A DNA stretch of 57,008 nucleotides, the filler included, from Platydemus manokwari (taxonomy: Eukaryota): assembly GCA_037951405.1 (NCBI GenBank). It is 5 parts of 5 records of this genome, joined end to end, with 100 filler letters (N's around TTAATTAATTAA, not from the genome) between each part and the next. Parts side by side here need not be neighbours in the genome. Positions count along the whole stretch, not along the records: positions 8,914 to 22,674 come from JBBMOY011629181.1; positions 22,775 to 34,253 come from JBBMOY010655542.1; 3 more parts are not named here. One strand, written 5' to 3'. Both the position numbers and the translations under genes were made by a program. Shown one piece after another: positions 12,378 to 25,605 of the stretch. The stretch's first letter is position 1; the number at the start of each line of letters is the position of its first letter. A model generated the notes under the pieces. That model had not been told where the DNA came from. It saw nothing but the letters and a program-made list of their open reading frames with translations, and did no database searches.

Positions 12378-15300
12378 GTGAGAAGATTTACTTGAATCTT
12401 CATATATTTTAACAGATTTTCTATATTAACGTTTATAAATTACTAATACATGAGTTTATTGGCTTTCAATCACTGCTTAAATCGTTTATCTTGATTATAT
12501 TTGCCCATTATGAATTTCATGAATTATTTTTGATAGAATTTGTAAATTGAATAAAAAAATATTATTTATAAATAGGCAAATTTTGTGAGCTTCCCAATCC
12601 ATGCTTTCCGAATCCATGTTCGAAAGGAAAATGTTTCGTCAATCAAACAACTGGTTCTTATTTTTGTTCATGCCCCAATGGATATTTTGGAATGAAATGC
12701 GAATCAAGGAACTACAAACGATGTAATTGTCCACCAAACATGAGATGTAACTATTCCGAATCAGGATTACTCTTTTCTTGCACAATAGAACCTGTTGAAG
12801 ATCCAATAACCAGGGGTACCATAAATGGAAAAGATTCGGATCCCAATAAAAATGATCAAAAAAGCTCCAAAAATACTGAAATCAAAAATATTCAAGTACT
12901 CATTTCAATCAGATCTATTAAAATATGATAATTCAATAATTATATTGGGATTTATATCATTTATCCTGTCATAGGTAAAAGAAAATTAGTGATTTGAAAT
13001 GAATATTTCTATGAAGGTGATAAAGTTGAGGGATCGACACCATAAATAGTCGAATTATTAAAATACTTTTTTCTATTATCCATCTGATATTGACGAATAG
13101 AAAAGACTATTTATTAGTGTAATAATTGTTAATGGTTCTTTATGTTGAACCCTCATTACTCTTAGATCTTTGAACTTGAATTAATTTTCAATGGATTTTA
13201 TCTTGATTGAGTTGTGTTTCTTGAAATTTACTATTTTATTTCCCAAATAAATGATAAAGCTAGAATAAAAACTCAATGTCTTATTTAAGAAAGAAGTCAC
13301 TTGAATATATTTCGAGATATAGGTTTGGAATGATCTCACTGCAAAAATATATAACATATAAACAAGTTCTTTGTAAAGCTCAATGGTGTCTAACGAATAG
13401 CTCAAAAACATAAAATTACATAATTGTTTCAATGATCTAGAATGGAGAATAAAGAAAAATGTCATTCATTTTTAATAATTCTAATAAAATCAAAGCAACC
13501 ATAGTAATTAACTATTTAAAGAATTTTTAAAAAACAAGTTTCCATATAACAAAGTAAAAGAAAATTTATTTTAAGAAAATTAGGCCGTTTCTGATAATAT
13601 AAATCTGGGTTTATTAAAATTTTGTTATCGGATTTACTTCTAGAACTGGAAAAATGTAAGTGTGACAACAACGATAATAGCCGCAGTTGGATGTTTCATG
13701 ATTATTCTATCCATTGGAGTCTCTGCTTATGTGTGTCATCGAACTAGAGCGTATTCTTCAAACAACAAGTAATTCATTTCTAAAATTTATAAAAATAAAA
13801 ATGATACAACATCATTACAATTTTAAGTTAGTAATAATAAACTTCTAGTTGATTAAATTAATTTTTTTTTAACTCAAATGAAATATTAAATGAGAAATGT
13901 CGAAAAAATTCTCAACAGAATCTTAGAATTAATTACCCCCAGTTGTTTGGCGACCGTTTTATTGTACATATCCATTCATCATTGAACAAATATTTTGAAT
14001 TTTAATATTTTTATGAAATATTTATCAATATTTTTGTATTATTACAATAAGTATACCAATGTTAAACGAGCAATTTACAATAAAATTTATTAATAATTAT
14101 TTATGAAAATTATTATTACCAACAATAAAATTACGGATTCCAAGTTTCAATTATTATTACCTACTTACCTATTTGATAAGTATTGACGTAAAGATGAAAA
14201 ATTACTTTTTATAATAATTTATAACATGTAATTATGATTATGATTTGGCACAATTTGTGTTTGGTACAGACAGATTAAATTTATTTAATATAAACGTTTG
14301 ATAATACCTACGTTTGGTAATGACTAACGCTATAACTCCCATGTGATATTTAAGTAAGTTGCTTTCATATTATTAAACATTCCATCTGTCGATAAAACCT
14401 ATTTTCTGACATTTTGTTATGAATTCTCGAAGATTTATGATTTCGCCAATGCTTTCTACTTAAATTGTCAAAAAATAATTATTATCTTTCAAAAAACCTA
14501 TTGTTTCTATTTTTTCATACATTAATTTAACTTATTTAATGATGATAGTTTGTTAGAACGCACACAGTCTCAAAAATTGGGGTTTTCATTTCAATTAATC
14601 TCGTTTGTCGAAAAATCTATTGGTAACCTAAAATTCTCTTTAATTTTGAGTCGATTTTAGTGTCATTGCTGATTCAACATCCAAGTGTCAAATGAGCATT
14701 TAAAGCAGAACCATAGCAGAACTTATAGCAGAACTAAAACAAAAATTCTTGAACAATTACTCGATATTAGTCGTTGCATTATTTTTTGCAAGATATTTCA
14801 TTGTTTATTCATTTTCAATTTTTATCGTAATAAGTATAATATAATTAACTTAATATTTTCAAAATTTTTCAATAGAAAATCCAGTATTACTTTTAAAGTA
14901 AATGAAGTTCTGCTCTTTCTTGTCAAACAAGTGACAAATATTCTAACAGATTTTAGTGACTTCTAATAATTTTCCACTTCTGGATGTAACTAAAAATACT
15001 TCCAATTATATTTAGTTTTTAGATTTATTAGATATATCTTTTTAAATGGCAATTTTGTCTCAAAAATCATTCCAGCAATAGATTATGATTTTCCATTTTG
15101 TCTTGTAATCCGAAGAGAGAAATCATTATTTTTGTTGGTATTCTTTTATGTGTTATAAAAGTAATTCCGTAGAAGTAATTCCTATTAATATAAATATAAC
15201 AAATTAATCTTTAGAATTTAAATTGATAGTTGTTGTTTGCGCCGATACTTCTGATTGTTTATTATCAATCATAACAGATTCTTACAGCTCTGCGAAATTA

Positions 15301-16773
15301 TATAAAACGTCTCTGAGTTCAAATAGAGTAAATATATTTTATTTCATATTGATGACTAGAAGAACCACGTGACTGGTTTATCGGTGGATTAGCTATTAGA
15401 ATTATCAACTGTTCAATCATTAAGCATCTTTACAATTACAATAAATTGATTCTTAATTTTGAGATCATGATTGTTACTGATATTTTATTGATATGATATT
15501 TTCGAAATTATTTAGCAAAACTTATAAAAGTATGGATTTATAAGTATACATTTATAAAACCCTTATATACAAGTTCAAATAGGCGATTATAAATCTTGGA
15601 TTTTTCGAATAAACACGTTCATTTATTCATTTATTCCAAATATCAAAAAATAAATTGCATTATAATGTTAATCATTATGTTTATATAGTTGATTACTCTC
15701 ACCATGAAAATCGTAAGAATAAACACGATTTTTTATACAGAACTGTAACAAAGTTCACAATTGGTTGTATGTCGGGCCATTACAGATATGTTTAAAAATT
15801 TAAAATAATATAAATAAACTACTCCATATATCATGCTTGCGTCAACCTCAGGATTGTCAGTGTATGCAACATTATATTATATACATTGCAATAAACCAGT
15901 TCAATATTTATTATACTTTATTCCATAGAATGTATAATAAGGTCAATGACTGAAATAAACTAAACTGGTTTATTAAAGACAATTATATAAAAATTCAATC
16001 AAAAATATTGAGTAGGAGGTCATCGTTGATAAAGTCAAATTAGTTTTTTACTTCGAATTTTGACTCACAGCGATTACTTATTTTATACAGGAAATAGGTC
16101 TGCCACTATTAATGTGGATTGACTTTGATCTTAATGACTAGATACGATATTAAGGGTTAATGATATGAATTAATGAGTATTAGTAACCTATTTTATTAGA
16201 TAATCGAGACACATGTCACGTTCAATCACATCAAATTATTTACTAATACTCTAAAAAAATATTAATAAAATCAAACGTATTTTTATTTTAAGATTTAGAA
16301 AATATGAACATTAAATTTTAAAATAAATTCTAAAATAATATTATTGATTTTCTAGAAATCATCCAGCACCTTATTCTCCATCCACGCATTACACCCAATT
16401 TTCTCCAAAATTCAGTGAAAGTACTTTCAAAAGGTCTTTATCGCTTGATGATAACCCAGTTTATATTCAAGGAAATCAATCTTCAATGAATAATTCACCA
16501 CCTGGTCTCCTGACATTGGGCTCAAGTACAAGTTATTCGATAAACTCGAATTCTTACCAAGAAAACCCACCAATCTGCCAGTTAAGCTATCCAACGTACA
16601 GTGAATTGTGTAAACAAGATACACGAGGCGGTTATTTAATTATGGGTCGAAATTGCAAAGAAAATAGCAACACCGATACCGTATCAAGCGGCAGTATTCC
16701 ACCACCTGCTTTGCCTCAAAGACTCATCCATGGTAGTGAAAGTCCCGCATTACCAAATGCGGAAATCGAATAA
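12243..16773 (+). CDS. 5'-partial single-pass EGF-repeat membrane receptor-like protein; join(12243..12377,12576..12895,13644..13768,16356..16773), ~332 aa visible
   Basis: Four GT-AG-bounded exons with consistent phases (1,1,0,2) give one open frame: two canonical 6-Cys EGF modules, a 4-Cys remnant module, a polar stalk, a TM helix TIIAAVGCFMIILSIGVSAYVC followed by basic HRTR, and a ~150-aa S/P/Y-rich tail ending in TAA. Confidence 0.85.
12576..12895 (+). CDS. EGF receptor-like gene, exon B (EGF module + stalk)
   Basis: aatag|GC AAA; KFCELPNPCFPNPCSKGKCFVNQTTGSYFCSCPNGYFGMKCESRNYKRCNCPPNMRC...KNIQ|gtact (donor weak but phase-compatible). Confidence 0.85.
13644..13768 (+). CDS. EGF receptor-like gene, exon C (transmembrane helix)
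   Basis: ttctag|AAC TGG; NWKNVSVTTTIIAAVGCFMIILSIGVSAYVCHRTRAYSSNN|gtaatt. Confidence 0.8.
16356..16773 (+). CDS. EGF receptor-like gene, terminal exon (cytoplasmic tail)
   Basis: ttctag|A AAT CAT; in frame with the 16486-16773 ORF; contains DNPVY, TYSEL, GYLIM and PPPALPQR; AATAAA at 17136. Confidence 0.8.
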
Positions 16774-17256
16774 ACTTTTTGTTCTAGTGTATGAAATAAT
16801 TATTAATATTAACTTTTGCTCGGTTTCATTACCTCACAATACTATCACACCAGTTTCACGTTTCTCCCAAGATTTAATTTAAAGATTAAATGTTAAATCA
16901 TTTTCTATTTTTCTTTTTTACGTTATTTAAACAAAAACTTTTTAAAGGAAATTTTCACGAAATTTTTCAATAGTACTTTATTCAACTATGTTACAAATTA
17001 TTTTACCTTGTTTACAAAATAATTTTTTTAATTTTATTATATATAAATTATATATTTAATTTTTTTTCACGCTTCAAGAAATACTTTAAAACAAAACATT
17101 ATACAATGAAAAAAAATGTGTATTTGTATATTGACAATAAATGTTTTAATTGGCTTCTTAATTATTTTAAAATGTTTAATATTTACCATTTCCTTTGAAT
17201 TTAGAAAAAATATTGACAGATAATTTCATGCGGTAACTGTTTTAAATAATCTAACC

Positions 17257-17540
17257 CAGTGGTTTTCAACCTTTTTGCTAGAGAGGAAACCCACAGAAGC
17301 ATTCCTCTGGCTCAAGGAACCCCTATGCAATAATGTAGCGAGTTTAATTATATTAAATTTATTATATTTAAACGATAACTAATAATAAAATAATACAAAT
17401 AATAATGAAATAATAATCATAATAAAATAGATTTTCTAAGTTAAATTTAACTTGTTGTTTATTTGTTCGTTGTTCAAATTCAGAAATTTAAAAATTGCAA
17501 AACCCCTGGAGTGTACTGGCGGGACCCTAAGGTTTCGATC
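17257..17540 (+). mobile_element. hAT (Charlie-like) non-autonomous element, 3' end truncated
   Basis: Starts CAGTGGTTTTCAACCTTTTTG, a typical hAT TIR, after an atctaacc target; subterminal GGAACCCC / AAACCCCTGG / GGACCCTAAGGTTTCG motifs; right TIR missing. Confidence 0.65.
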
Positions 17541-17849
17541 AATAAAAATATTTTTAATTTTAAAATATATTTTATTTAATATTGAGAATTATAAATGAAA
17601 TGTTTATTAATTATATATAATTATTACTGTCAAAATTAATAAGACTTCAAATGGAACAATGAGAAAATATTTAGAAAACCTAAATATTTATTTGGGAATT
17701 AAATTTTGAATAATTAATCTCGTTTGGTAAATTCACGGTGAGTGTATATGTGAAAGGAAATTCCAAATCCTTAATCAAAAGAAATTAAAATGAACTGAAT
17801 TATACGGGAGAAGTCACCCAGGTAATTTGTCTGAGATTACATTAGCTGA

Positions 17850-18420
17850 CTAGTATTTATTACAGTGAAATCTTTTCAAATTATCTAATGACCATTGTTG
17901 AATATTCTACAAACGAAAGATTCTCAATCACATTCATACGGTAAAAAATAATTAGCAATGATCAATATCGGTAGACAATGTACATAATCAATAGATGAGT
18001 AATATGGTTTTAGAGTTGACTTCAATATAATCAAAGAAAATTGTAAGTATCGTTATTGAAGTCATATATACCTCTTAATTTAAACAACAGTATCGAAATC
18101 CGTCAATAAGCTAAGTTTAAATTTACCATAATGAATTCGCAAGGACAGCTTATATATTCAATTTTAAAATATTTGTAATTAGTTCCCAATAATGTCGAAT
18201 TTGATAAATATAGTAGAATGATTTCAGTAAATTCTTCGAAAAAATGTATTTTATTGATGTGACATAAAGTTCCAAAATCTTCATTAGTAAAAATAACTCA
18301 AATCAAATCAAATAGCAATTTTGTTTTAATTATTTTGCTCAAAGCAATCGAAATTATTCAAATCAAAAAATTTTATCGTGTAGAATCGATAATTTCTTAT
18401 CTGGTTTGAGTTTAAACTAT
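17850..18420 (-). mobile_element. degenerate Penelope-like RT remnant
   Basis: Minus-strand FDLSYFY (FDV.SLY-like), EEFTEIILLYLSNST...NYKYFK and AVLANSL (P.LA..FM-like) in the expected order; many stops. Confidence 0.4.
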
Positions 18421-19349
18421 CAATTATAAGTCAGCTATTCCCAAATGTGTATTTGAAAGTAATATTCAAATTAATTATAATTTTGTTAATTTACTTAACA
18501 ATCGACAATAGAAAACATCAATTCCAGAATCACAACTGATACCAAAATAGCAATGACAATAAAGATTTTAATACAAGTAATAAAATTTTGAGATTTATTT
18601 TTACCTTTATTCTTGGAAATTTACTTACTTAAACAGTTGTGTATAATTCAGCCATTTAATAACGACATTATTTATATTATAATTTTTCTGACTTTTAAAT
18701 TATACTATTGTTGAGTACCAGACTCCACTTCAGTTAGAAACAATAATCAATATAACAAAAATTTAAGAAAAAACCAAGAAAAAAACCAAAAGATAAATTT
18801 AGAAATAATAAAATATCAAATTGGAAAGACGAAATAAGAATAACAAAAACAAGCAATATAAAATAAAAAGTTATACCATTAGAATATATAAAATATAAAA
18901 TAAATATTTAAATAGACCTAAAAATCATCAAAATGCCACAAATTACAACATCAATACGTTACCACAACTACGAATATCCTGTTACTAAGCCGTTAGGAAA
19001 TAAATCGATTAAAAGCCCACAGATAATCTAATTGAAATATGGAAGAAAACAATTTGTCACAATTTAATTTACACCTGGAAGATTAGTATTCAAGAAAACA
19101 ATCCGGGCTAAAAGAAAATCAATTAATCTAGAAATTAATCTAGCGTTTTAGCTAGGAGAAAAAAGAAAGATTTCGTCACTTATATTAGTAATTTTCTATT
19201 CCAATTAATTCTCTTATTGTTAAAATGAAATTCGTAATAATAATTGCAATAATAAATTTATATGAAGTCATCCTTTCCTTAAATGGATTGGTCCTAGTCC
19301 AGTCATTCAATTAATTACATTAAATTATTTGCGTAAATTTATATCAACA

Positions 19350-19480
19350 AAAAGGAGTTGCTGGAACATATAGGAAAAACCCAATACCTAGAGTTCTTGT
19401 GGTGAAAGCGCAGGAGACTCGAAGTCATATCTATTGAAACAATAGAACCCTATATTAATAAATTAAAGAAATACCTGGTT
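19350..19480 (+). mobile_element. Penelope-like GIY-YIG endonuclease C-terminal remnant
   Basis: KELLEHIGKTQYLEFLW*KRRRLEVISIETIEPYINK resembles the R..LE...I....P.LN end of PLE endonucleases; followed by a T-rich tract. Confidence 0.35.
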
Positions 19481-20959
19481 ATTGTTTCATCTAGTTAACG
19501 AATATTTATTTTATCATTGTTTTCCTATTTAAATTGTAATTTTATACATTAATTTGTATTTGTTATAACTTTAATGTGAAATTTTTTTTTCTTATATTTC
19601 AGAAATAATTAAACATTGTCACGAAAATATAGAAAATGCTTAGTATTTATATTTTCTGTAATTGTTCTGTATATTCGTGCCTTTACAAATTGAAGTAATG
19701 CTTATTTGCAAAGCTGAATTGGTAAAATTCATTTGAATCTATTAAGAATTAGAAATCAAAATTTACAAATGATTTAATTGGTAGTGATCTCGTGAAAATG
19801 TAAAATACTTTATTAAATGGAAGAACGGAATATTATATAACTTGGAGTTTCTTTTTTAATTCAAATTGATTGGAATATACTTTCAGAAAATCTAAAAATT
19901 TATGTTTCAATGCTGCCTTCACATCTATATCCATGTTCCATATATTTAAGATTTGTGTTACCAAGTGGAAACTGATTGCATTTGTCATGTGCAGCATATG
20001 TTCTCAAAACCCGGTTTTCCAATATTAATTCTTCAGTTTAAAATCCTATGCAGTTGTTATCGTTTAACTCTATAATTTCCTTTCTTAATAATAATATATT
20101 TAATCTTGTGAAATAAGTTGAATTTATTTAACAAATTATAATAGTTGGAAACCTTAATCTTACAATGACGTATTTAATATTCTACATTATTTTATTAAAG
20201 AGTCAGTAATACTATCAGGAACCACCGCATCGTTTTATAAAATAATCGCTGCCTCGCCATTGAATCAGTTCGATTAGATCATTATTTATTCTGAATTCAA
20301 ATGGAATTTGATCACTTTATCACGGATCTGTTCAATGTCACGGTAATGATAATGGCAAAATTTTAATTTAATTCATCTCATTTTAATTAAATTTTATTTG
20401 CATGCATTTATTATCTTTAAAATTACAGTGAAAATATTATTAACACGAATTCTCTGATTAAACGAACATTTTGATTAATAAAAATTGGTTAGTAATTATG
20501 TTGATTTTTTGGTGGTCTATGGTTTATTTTTTATTTTTCTTAATACAATTACTATTGACACTTTTTGAGAATGTCTGAGTCTAATCAGTACTCTGGAATT
20601 CTGATGACCCACAGGTAATCACAAGCCTAATAATATGATGTTATTTGGCCTCTATCAACTCTAAACCATTTATTGAGACGGGGTGAGTGACTCCAGACAT
20701 TGTTTTATTGATTTTACAACTATTTACTAAACTTTTATTTCTTAACTGCATCGGTGAAAAAGTGATGAATTGATACTGCAGATGATAATTTCATTGTAAA
20801 TGAGATGATACCTAATGGCACTTGCGGATTTCAATATTAAAGCGACTTTTTGGTTTGAATACATTTCTATTGCTATTAAAATACACTCATACGGTTAATA
20901 TAAAATTTACGAATACTTTTATACATTTAAACGACAAAAGTTTTGGCTAAAACTTCTGG

Positions 20960-21290
20960 AAAAGCTAATGGTTAATAAATTTCTGAAAGGAGTAAAACAA
21001 ATTTGTTCAAGAGCTTTTGGATTAACCAGAAAAATAGAAAGAATATACGGTTATTATAAATAATTGATGATTTTAAAATTATTTGAATGTTTATGGGTTT
21101 CCTATGGGTATTGAATTGAACAATCTTCACAAACAATATTAATATTAAATTGATCTTCCAGTAATTCATTGTGCATATCCGTGTGCAAGTTGTTTGAGGA
21201 ATGTTTGGCTGGCATGATGGTCTACCCAACTGTTAGATTATCATCATAATTATTGCTATGTTGGGTTATCAATCAACAATTTAGATCTGA
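20960..21290 (-). mobile_element. degenerate Penelope-like RT remnant
   Basis: Minus strand: NYDDNLTVG (YVDD-like), NNLHTD (LN..HP.I-like) and FNTHRKPINIQ (Y.KPT-like) in PLE order. Confidence 0.5.
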
Positions 21291-22674
21291 CAACTTGTAT
21301 TAACTAAAATGTTACACTCAAAGTCTTAACAACAACAGCAAATATTTTCATAGTTATCAAAATAAATCACTCCATCAAAAGTTATTATTATTAGTATTAT
21401 TATTAAAATTTTAACTATTTTTAACAAAATCAGATTAGCTTTTCCGGAAAGAACGGTAATTATAATAATGATAAATAATTTGAATTCCATACGAATATAT
21501 TGATACAAAACATAAAAATTTGGCTTATACATAATTGCAAATAAAGATAAATTTTCATCTACATTTATAGATAAGTTTTAGCACATTAAAATAAGTCTTT
21601 TCTTTGAAACGCTAACAATTAATTCATTCAATTAACAATTATTAATTTATGTTTCTTGCAATTAAAATTGCTGTTTTTAGTTTGTTTCAGCTGTTCTAAC
21701 AAGATTTAGTTAAGAATTTCAAATTTATTTTAATACATTCAGTTTTATTGGACACTTTCTTGGTGTGTTAATATTAATATTTTTAAACTTGTACCTAAAC
21801 GAAACTCCGAATAATTATTTTTTAGTGTTAAAAATTCAATTTTTCGGGAATCGTGGATTGAATAAATTGATTTTCAAGGCTAAATTCAAAATTTGATCAC
21901 TTGATTACAGATGCCAATAACTTAAATTTTGTTATTTTGAAATAGTGTTAAAAAATTTTCGATAATGACTTTCATTTTTAAAATTACGTGAATGATTTGA
22001 GAAGATTGGAAGAGCATCATGAAATACGAGGAAAACACGCAAGAATTTGTCTGATGAGTATTAAGAAGTACACGAAGAAATGACATAGGTGGGTCAGGTT
22101 TAATCCAGCTTTTACCAGGAGATCGAGACTTTGTTATAGCTTTTGTTTTGGATCTTTGCATTAGAGTTAATTATTCTAATTATTCACCATAATTATAATA
22201 TAATTTATCACGCATCGTTAATCACTATTGAAAATTTTGTAGAAACATTAATCACATTAAAACATTCCTGTCTTTCGAAGATAGATAACCCTAATTCTCA
22301 TGACAAGGGTGACATTTTATCATATTACTCCACCTTTTCTACCTCCTTGCAGTGTTTGCCATGTCATGGAATCCAATATCAACACTATTATGTACACGAA
22401 TATAATATATCATTTAGGGTTAAAATATCCATCTTATCTAAAGGTATACATTTCAAAATGTGTTCAAAATACTGGAGAATTTTTGAATCACAATGTAATT
22501 TAATTCAGTAAAATCCTTAATATAATTCTAATAGAGTTTTTGTTTTTATTTTGGAATAAAAAGTGACGAAACGCATCCAAAAAAGGTGCCTGAAGGCAGG
22601 TTAAGAAAAGGTATACGCTAATTTTAGTAACAAAAAGTCAAATTTCAGCATTTTTAAAAATAGATTCTGGAACG

Positions 22675-22774
22675 NNNNNNNNNNNNNNNNNNNNNNNNNN
22701 NNNNNNNNNNNNNNNNNNTTAATTAATTAANNNNNNNNNNNNNNNNNNNNNNNNNNNNNNNNNNNNNNNNNNNN
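22675..22774. other. artificial assembly spacer (44N-TTAATTAATTAA-44N)
   Basis: Same construct as 8814-8913. Confidence 0.97.
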
Positions 22775-24221
22775 ATTAATCATTTTTTATCAGGAAAAGA
22801 AGTAACAAACAAGAAATCAATAAATCAAATTAGTTTAAATCTATTTTTGGTTTTTAATATTCAGATTATGAAGCTATTTTACAGTTCGAAATTTGAATAA
22901 AAAAAATATAAATTTGTTCATTTTTAGCTTATCTTCGATTGTTAAATCTTAGCTATTAATTAGCTATTAATTTCTTAAAATAATCACCTCAACATTTATT
23001 AAAAAATATTTTTTTTAGCAATGTGTAATTTGAAAATCTTGTTTATCTAAATAATTATAAATAAAATCAGATCTATTTTGTATTAAAATTAAATATAGAA
23101 AATGCATATTATGTGTGTGTATGCATGCGTGGTCAAAATCTGAAGCAAATAATCGATTTAGTTTAATCTTAACTCTAAATAAGCATCATTGGGTACAGTT
23201 GCCTAATAATCGAACCCACTGTCATTTAGAGTATACATGGTAAGTTATTGAATGTAATTAGTCTGTATTAATTTTAAGCAAGTTTTCGAAATAAAGCGTA
23301 ATATTTAAAAACTAAAATTAGTCTGTTTTTAAAATTAAAATTATTTTCATTGGAATATTTCGTTAAATAATAACTATAATCATAATTGTTCTTTTTGTTT
23401 TCCTACACATTCTTAATTTGTGTTGTTTTACTGATTGGCAGATAATCAGTGATTATAAAACAAATTAGCAACATTTTTTGATTAAAAAATTATTGATAAT
23501 AACATTGATCAGTTTATTTTGATAAGGATAATTTTAGTATTTTATTCAATTTTTCTTCTTAACAAAGTCTATAGTTCAATATCTTAACTGTTTAAAATAA
23601 GAGTAAGAGGTGAATTTTTAAGATTTATCAATTAGAAAACATTGACTGGCCCTTATCTAATTACTATTCACAGACTTTTATTTAAAATTTAAGTTCAAGT
23701 CGAAATTTTATCTACTCCAGTGTTTCTAAAAAACATTTCGATGGATTGGCTTCTTGGCATTGCATTCCAAAATTGATTCCTGTATATATTTCAGTAATAT
23801 CTATTTTTAAAAAACACAAGAATAATAATTAAATATTAAATTATTATTAAAAACTAAAATACATTCAAAACACATAAATATAAATTCGAGATTCATTTTC
23901 AAATGAAGCCTGAAGTCTTGGTTAGATTTGTTTGGAATGCGAAGCGTTCTAATGTCCAAATATTGGAACCACCAATTCACGATTATGTGAAAATTGTAAA
24001 TTGGCTAATAGTCAAGAAAAAAATCATTCTGATAATTGGAATTAAAATTAAACCACAAAGAAATTCAACAAAAATATTTGTAAAACTATAAATTTTTCAA
24101 AAAACCTAAATTGTTTATAATTTTTCATTTATAAATTTAAAGCATAAATTATTCTCGATTCTTTTATGTTGGGAGCTAATCTATGTCTGTAAATGAAGAA
24201 ATATTGTTTCTAGCTCAGTTT

Positions 24222-24243
24222 CATGATCATCATCATCATCATC
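24222..24243. repeat. (CAT)n microsatellite
   Basis: catgatcatcatcatcatcatc. Confidence 0.7.
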
Positions 24244-25199
24244 AAAATTCTCATCTGTTTCTTGATGAATTATTTTTTTCCGATTGAAATTTTATTCATA
24301 TTCACGCAAATTTTGAGGAAATTGGGCAATCAAATATTTTCTTCAAAAAAATATGAGTTTATAAATACTCTAATGGTTAAATGAAATCACAATTTCTTCG
24401 TAACAGCAATTCAAATTTACTCTCCAAGATTCATATGATCCAACGGGCAATGAAATTAACATCTCTTACTTCAATATCCTATGCAACTAATTCCGAGGCT
24501 TTATCCTCATTGATGAATGATTTTGATCATTTATAATACCCCAATACCTATGTGTGTAATGAAAAACATGTTGAAATACAATGATATTCTTTTGGTGTCG
24601 TTTATCATATCACATCATATTGCTTGGCTTACTTTCAAGTCGCCTTCTCATTTAAAATCTTATATAAGTTTATTCCATTAAAAATTCAAAAAATAAAATT
24701 ATTTATAATAATGTATTGAAATTTATGAAATTAAATAACATAATTTTAGAATGAGGTATCAATTTTGAAACCGTGCTTGATATCGACTTCTTACATCACA
24801 CTGTGAATTTTCCACAACGGCTTTCAGGATATTTACTTGTATTATTATATATAAAATCCCATAGTTTTCAAATAAAGGTATTGGGGAGTAAAGATAAAAT
24901 AACACAAAAGAAAAATGATTTTGCAAATTGGAACCCTTATTTCGGCACTTTAAGCATATACATGCATATAAAATCATGGAAGCAAAGTAACCAGCCAATC
25001 AAAGGACGTAAATGGAAAATTCTGATTCGAAAAAATGGACATAAGTACACAGCAACACACACAAAAGGATTGAATAATCTTGATCAAAGAAAATCGATAT
25101 ATCCTTTTGAAACTTGAGAAACAAAAGATCATATCAAAACGTGATTAGCAAAATACACAAAAATCTCAAGTATAAATACTGATGTAAAGATGATCAAGT

Positions 25200-25605
25200 G
25201 CCAGTTGGAAGTCGAGTAATATGGCACGTTGTGTATTTGCTTTGGGGGAGTATATTGTTGATTTTTAAAGTTTTTGATGTACGTGCTGATTAGCACGAAT
25301 TTTTAGAAATAAATCTTTTGCAACTTTCAATTCTTCTGGACGCAACAGTATGAAATTAGTCAAATATTTGGATAAATTCGAATATTAACTAATCAGAATA
25401 TTTCAACCTTAAATTCTATGAAGTATACTTTATTAAAATGTGAGGATTTTAAAGTGAAGATAATGAATTCTAAAAAACGAATTTAAAAGATTTTATAATC
25501 CGATTTTATACATTAATTTATTTAAACATCTGCAGTTAAATATAATTTTGCTTTGTGACTTCCAGCCGTTTTCAATGCGCACTTTATAAAATAGTAGCAA
25601 CTTAC
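25200..25605 (+). repeat. diverged copy of the TATA-core repeat family
   Basis: Begins gccagttggaagtcgagt (cf. 35702 accagttgaaagccaagt) and ends gtgacttccagccgttttcaatgcgcactttataaaatagtagcaactt (cf. 36001-36051). Confidence 0.7.
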
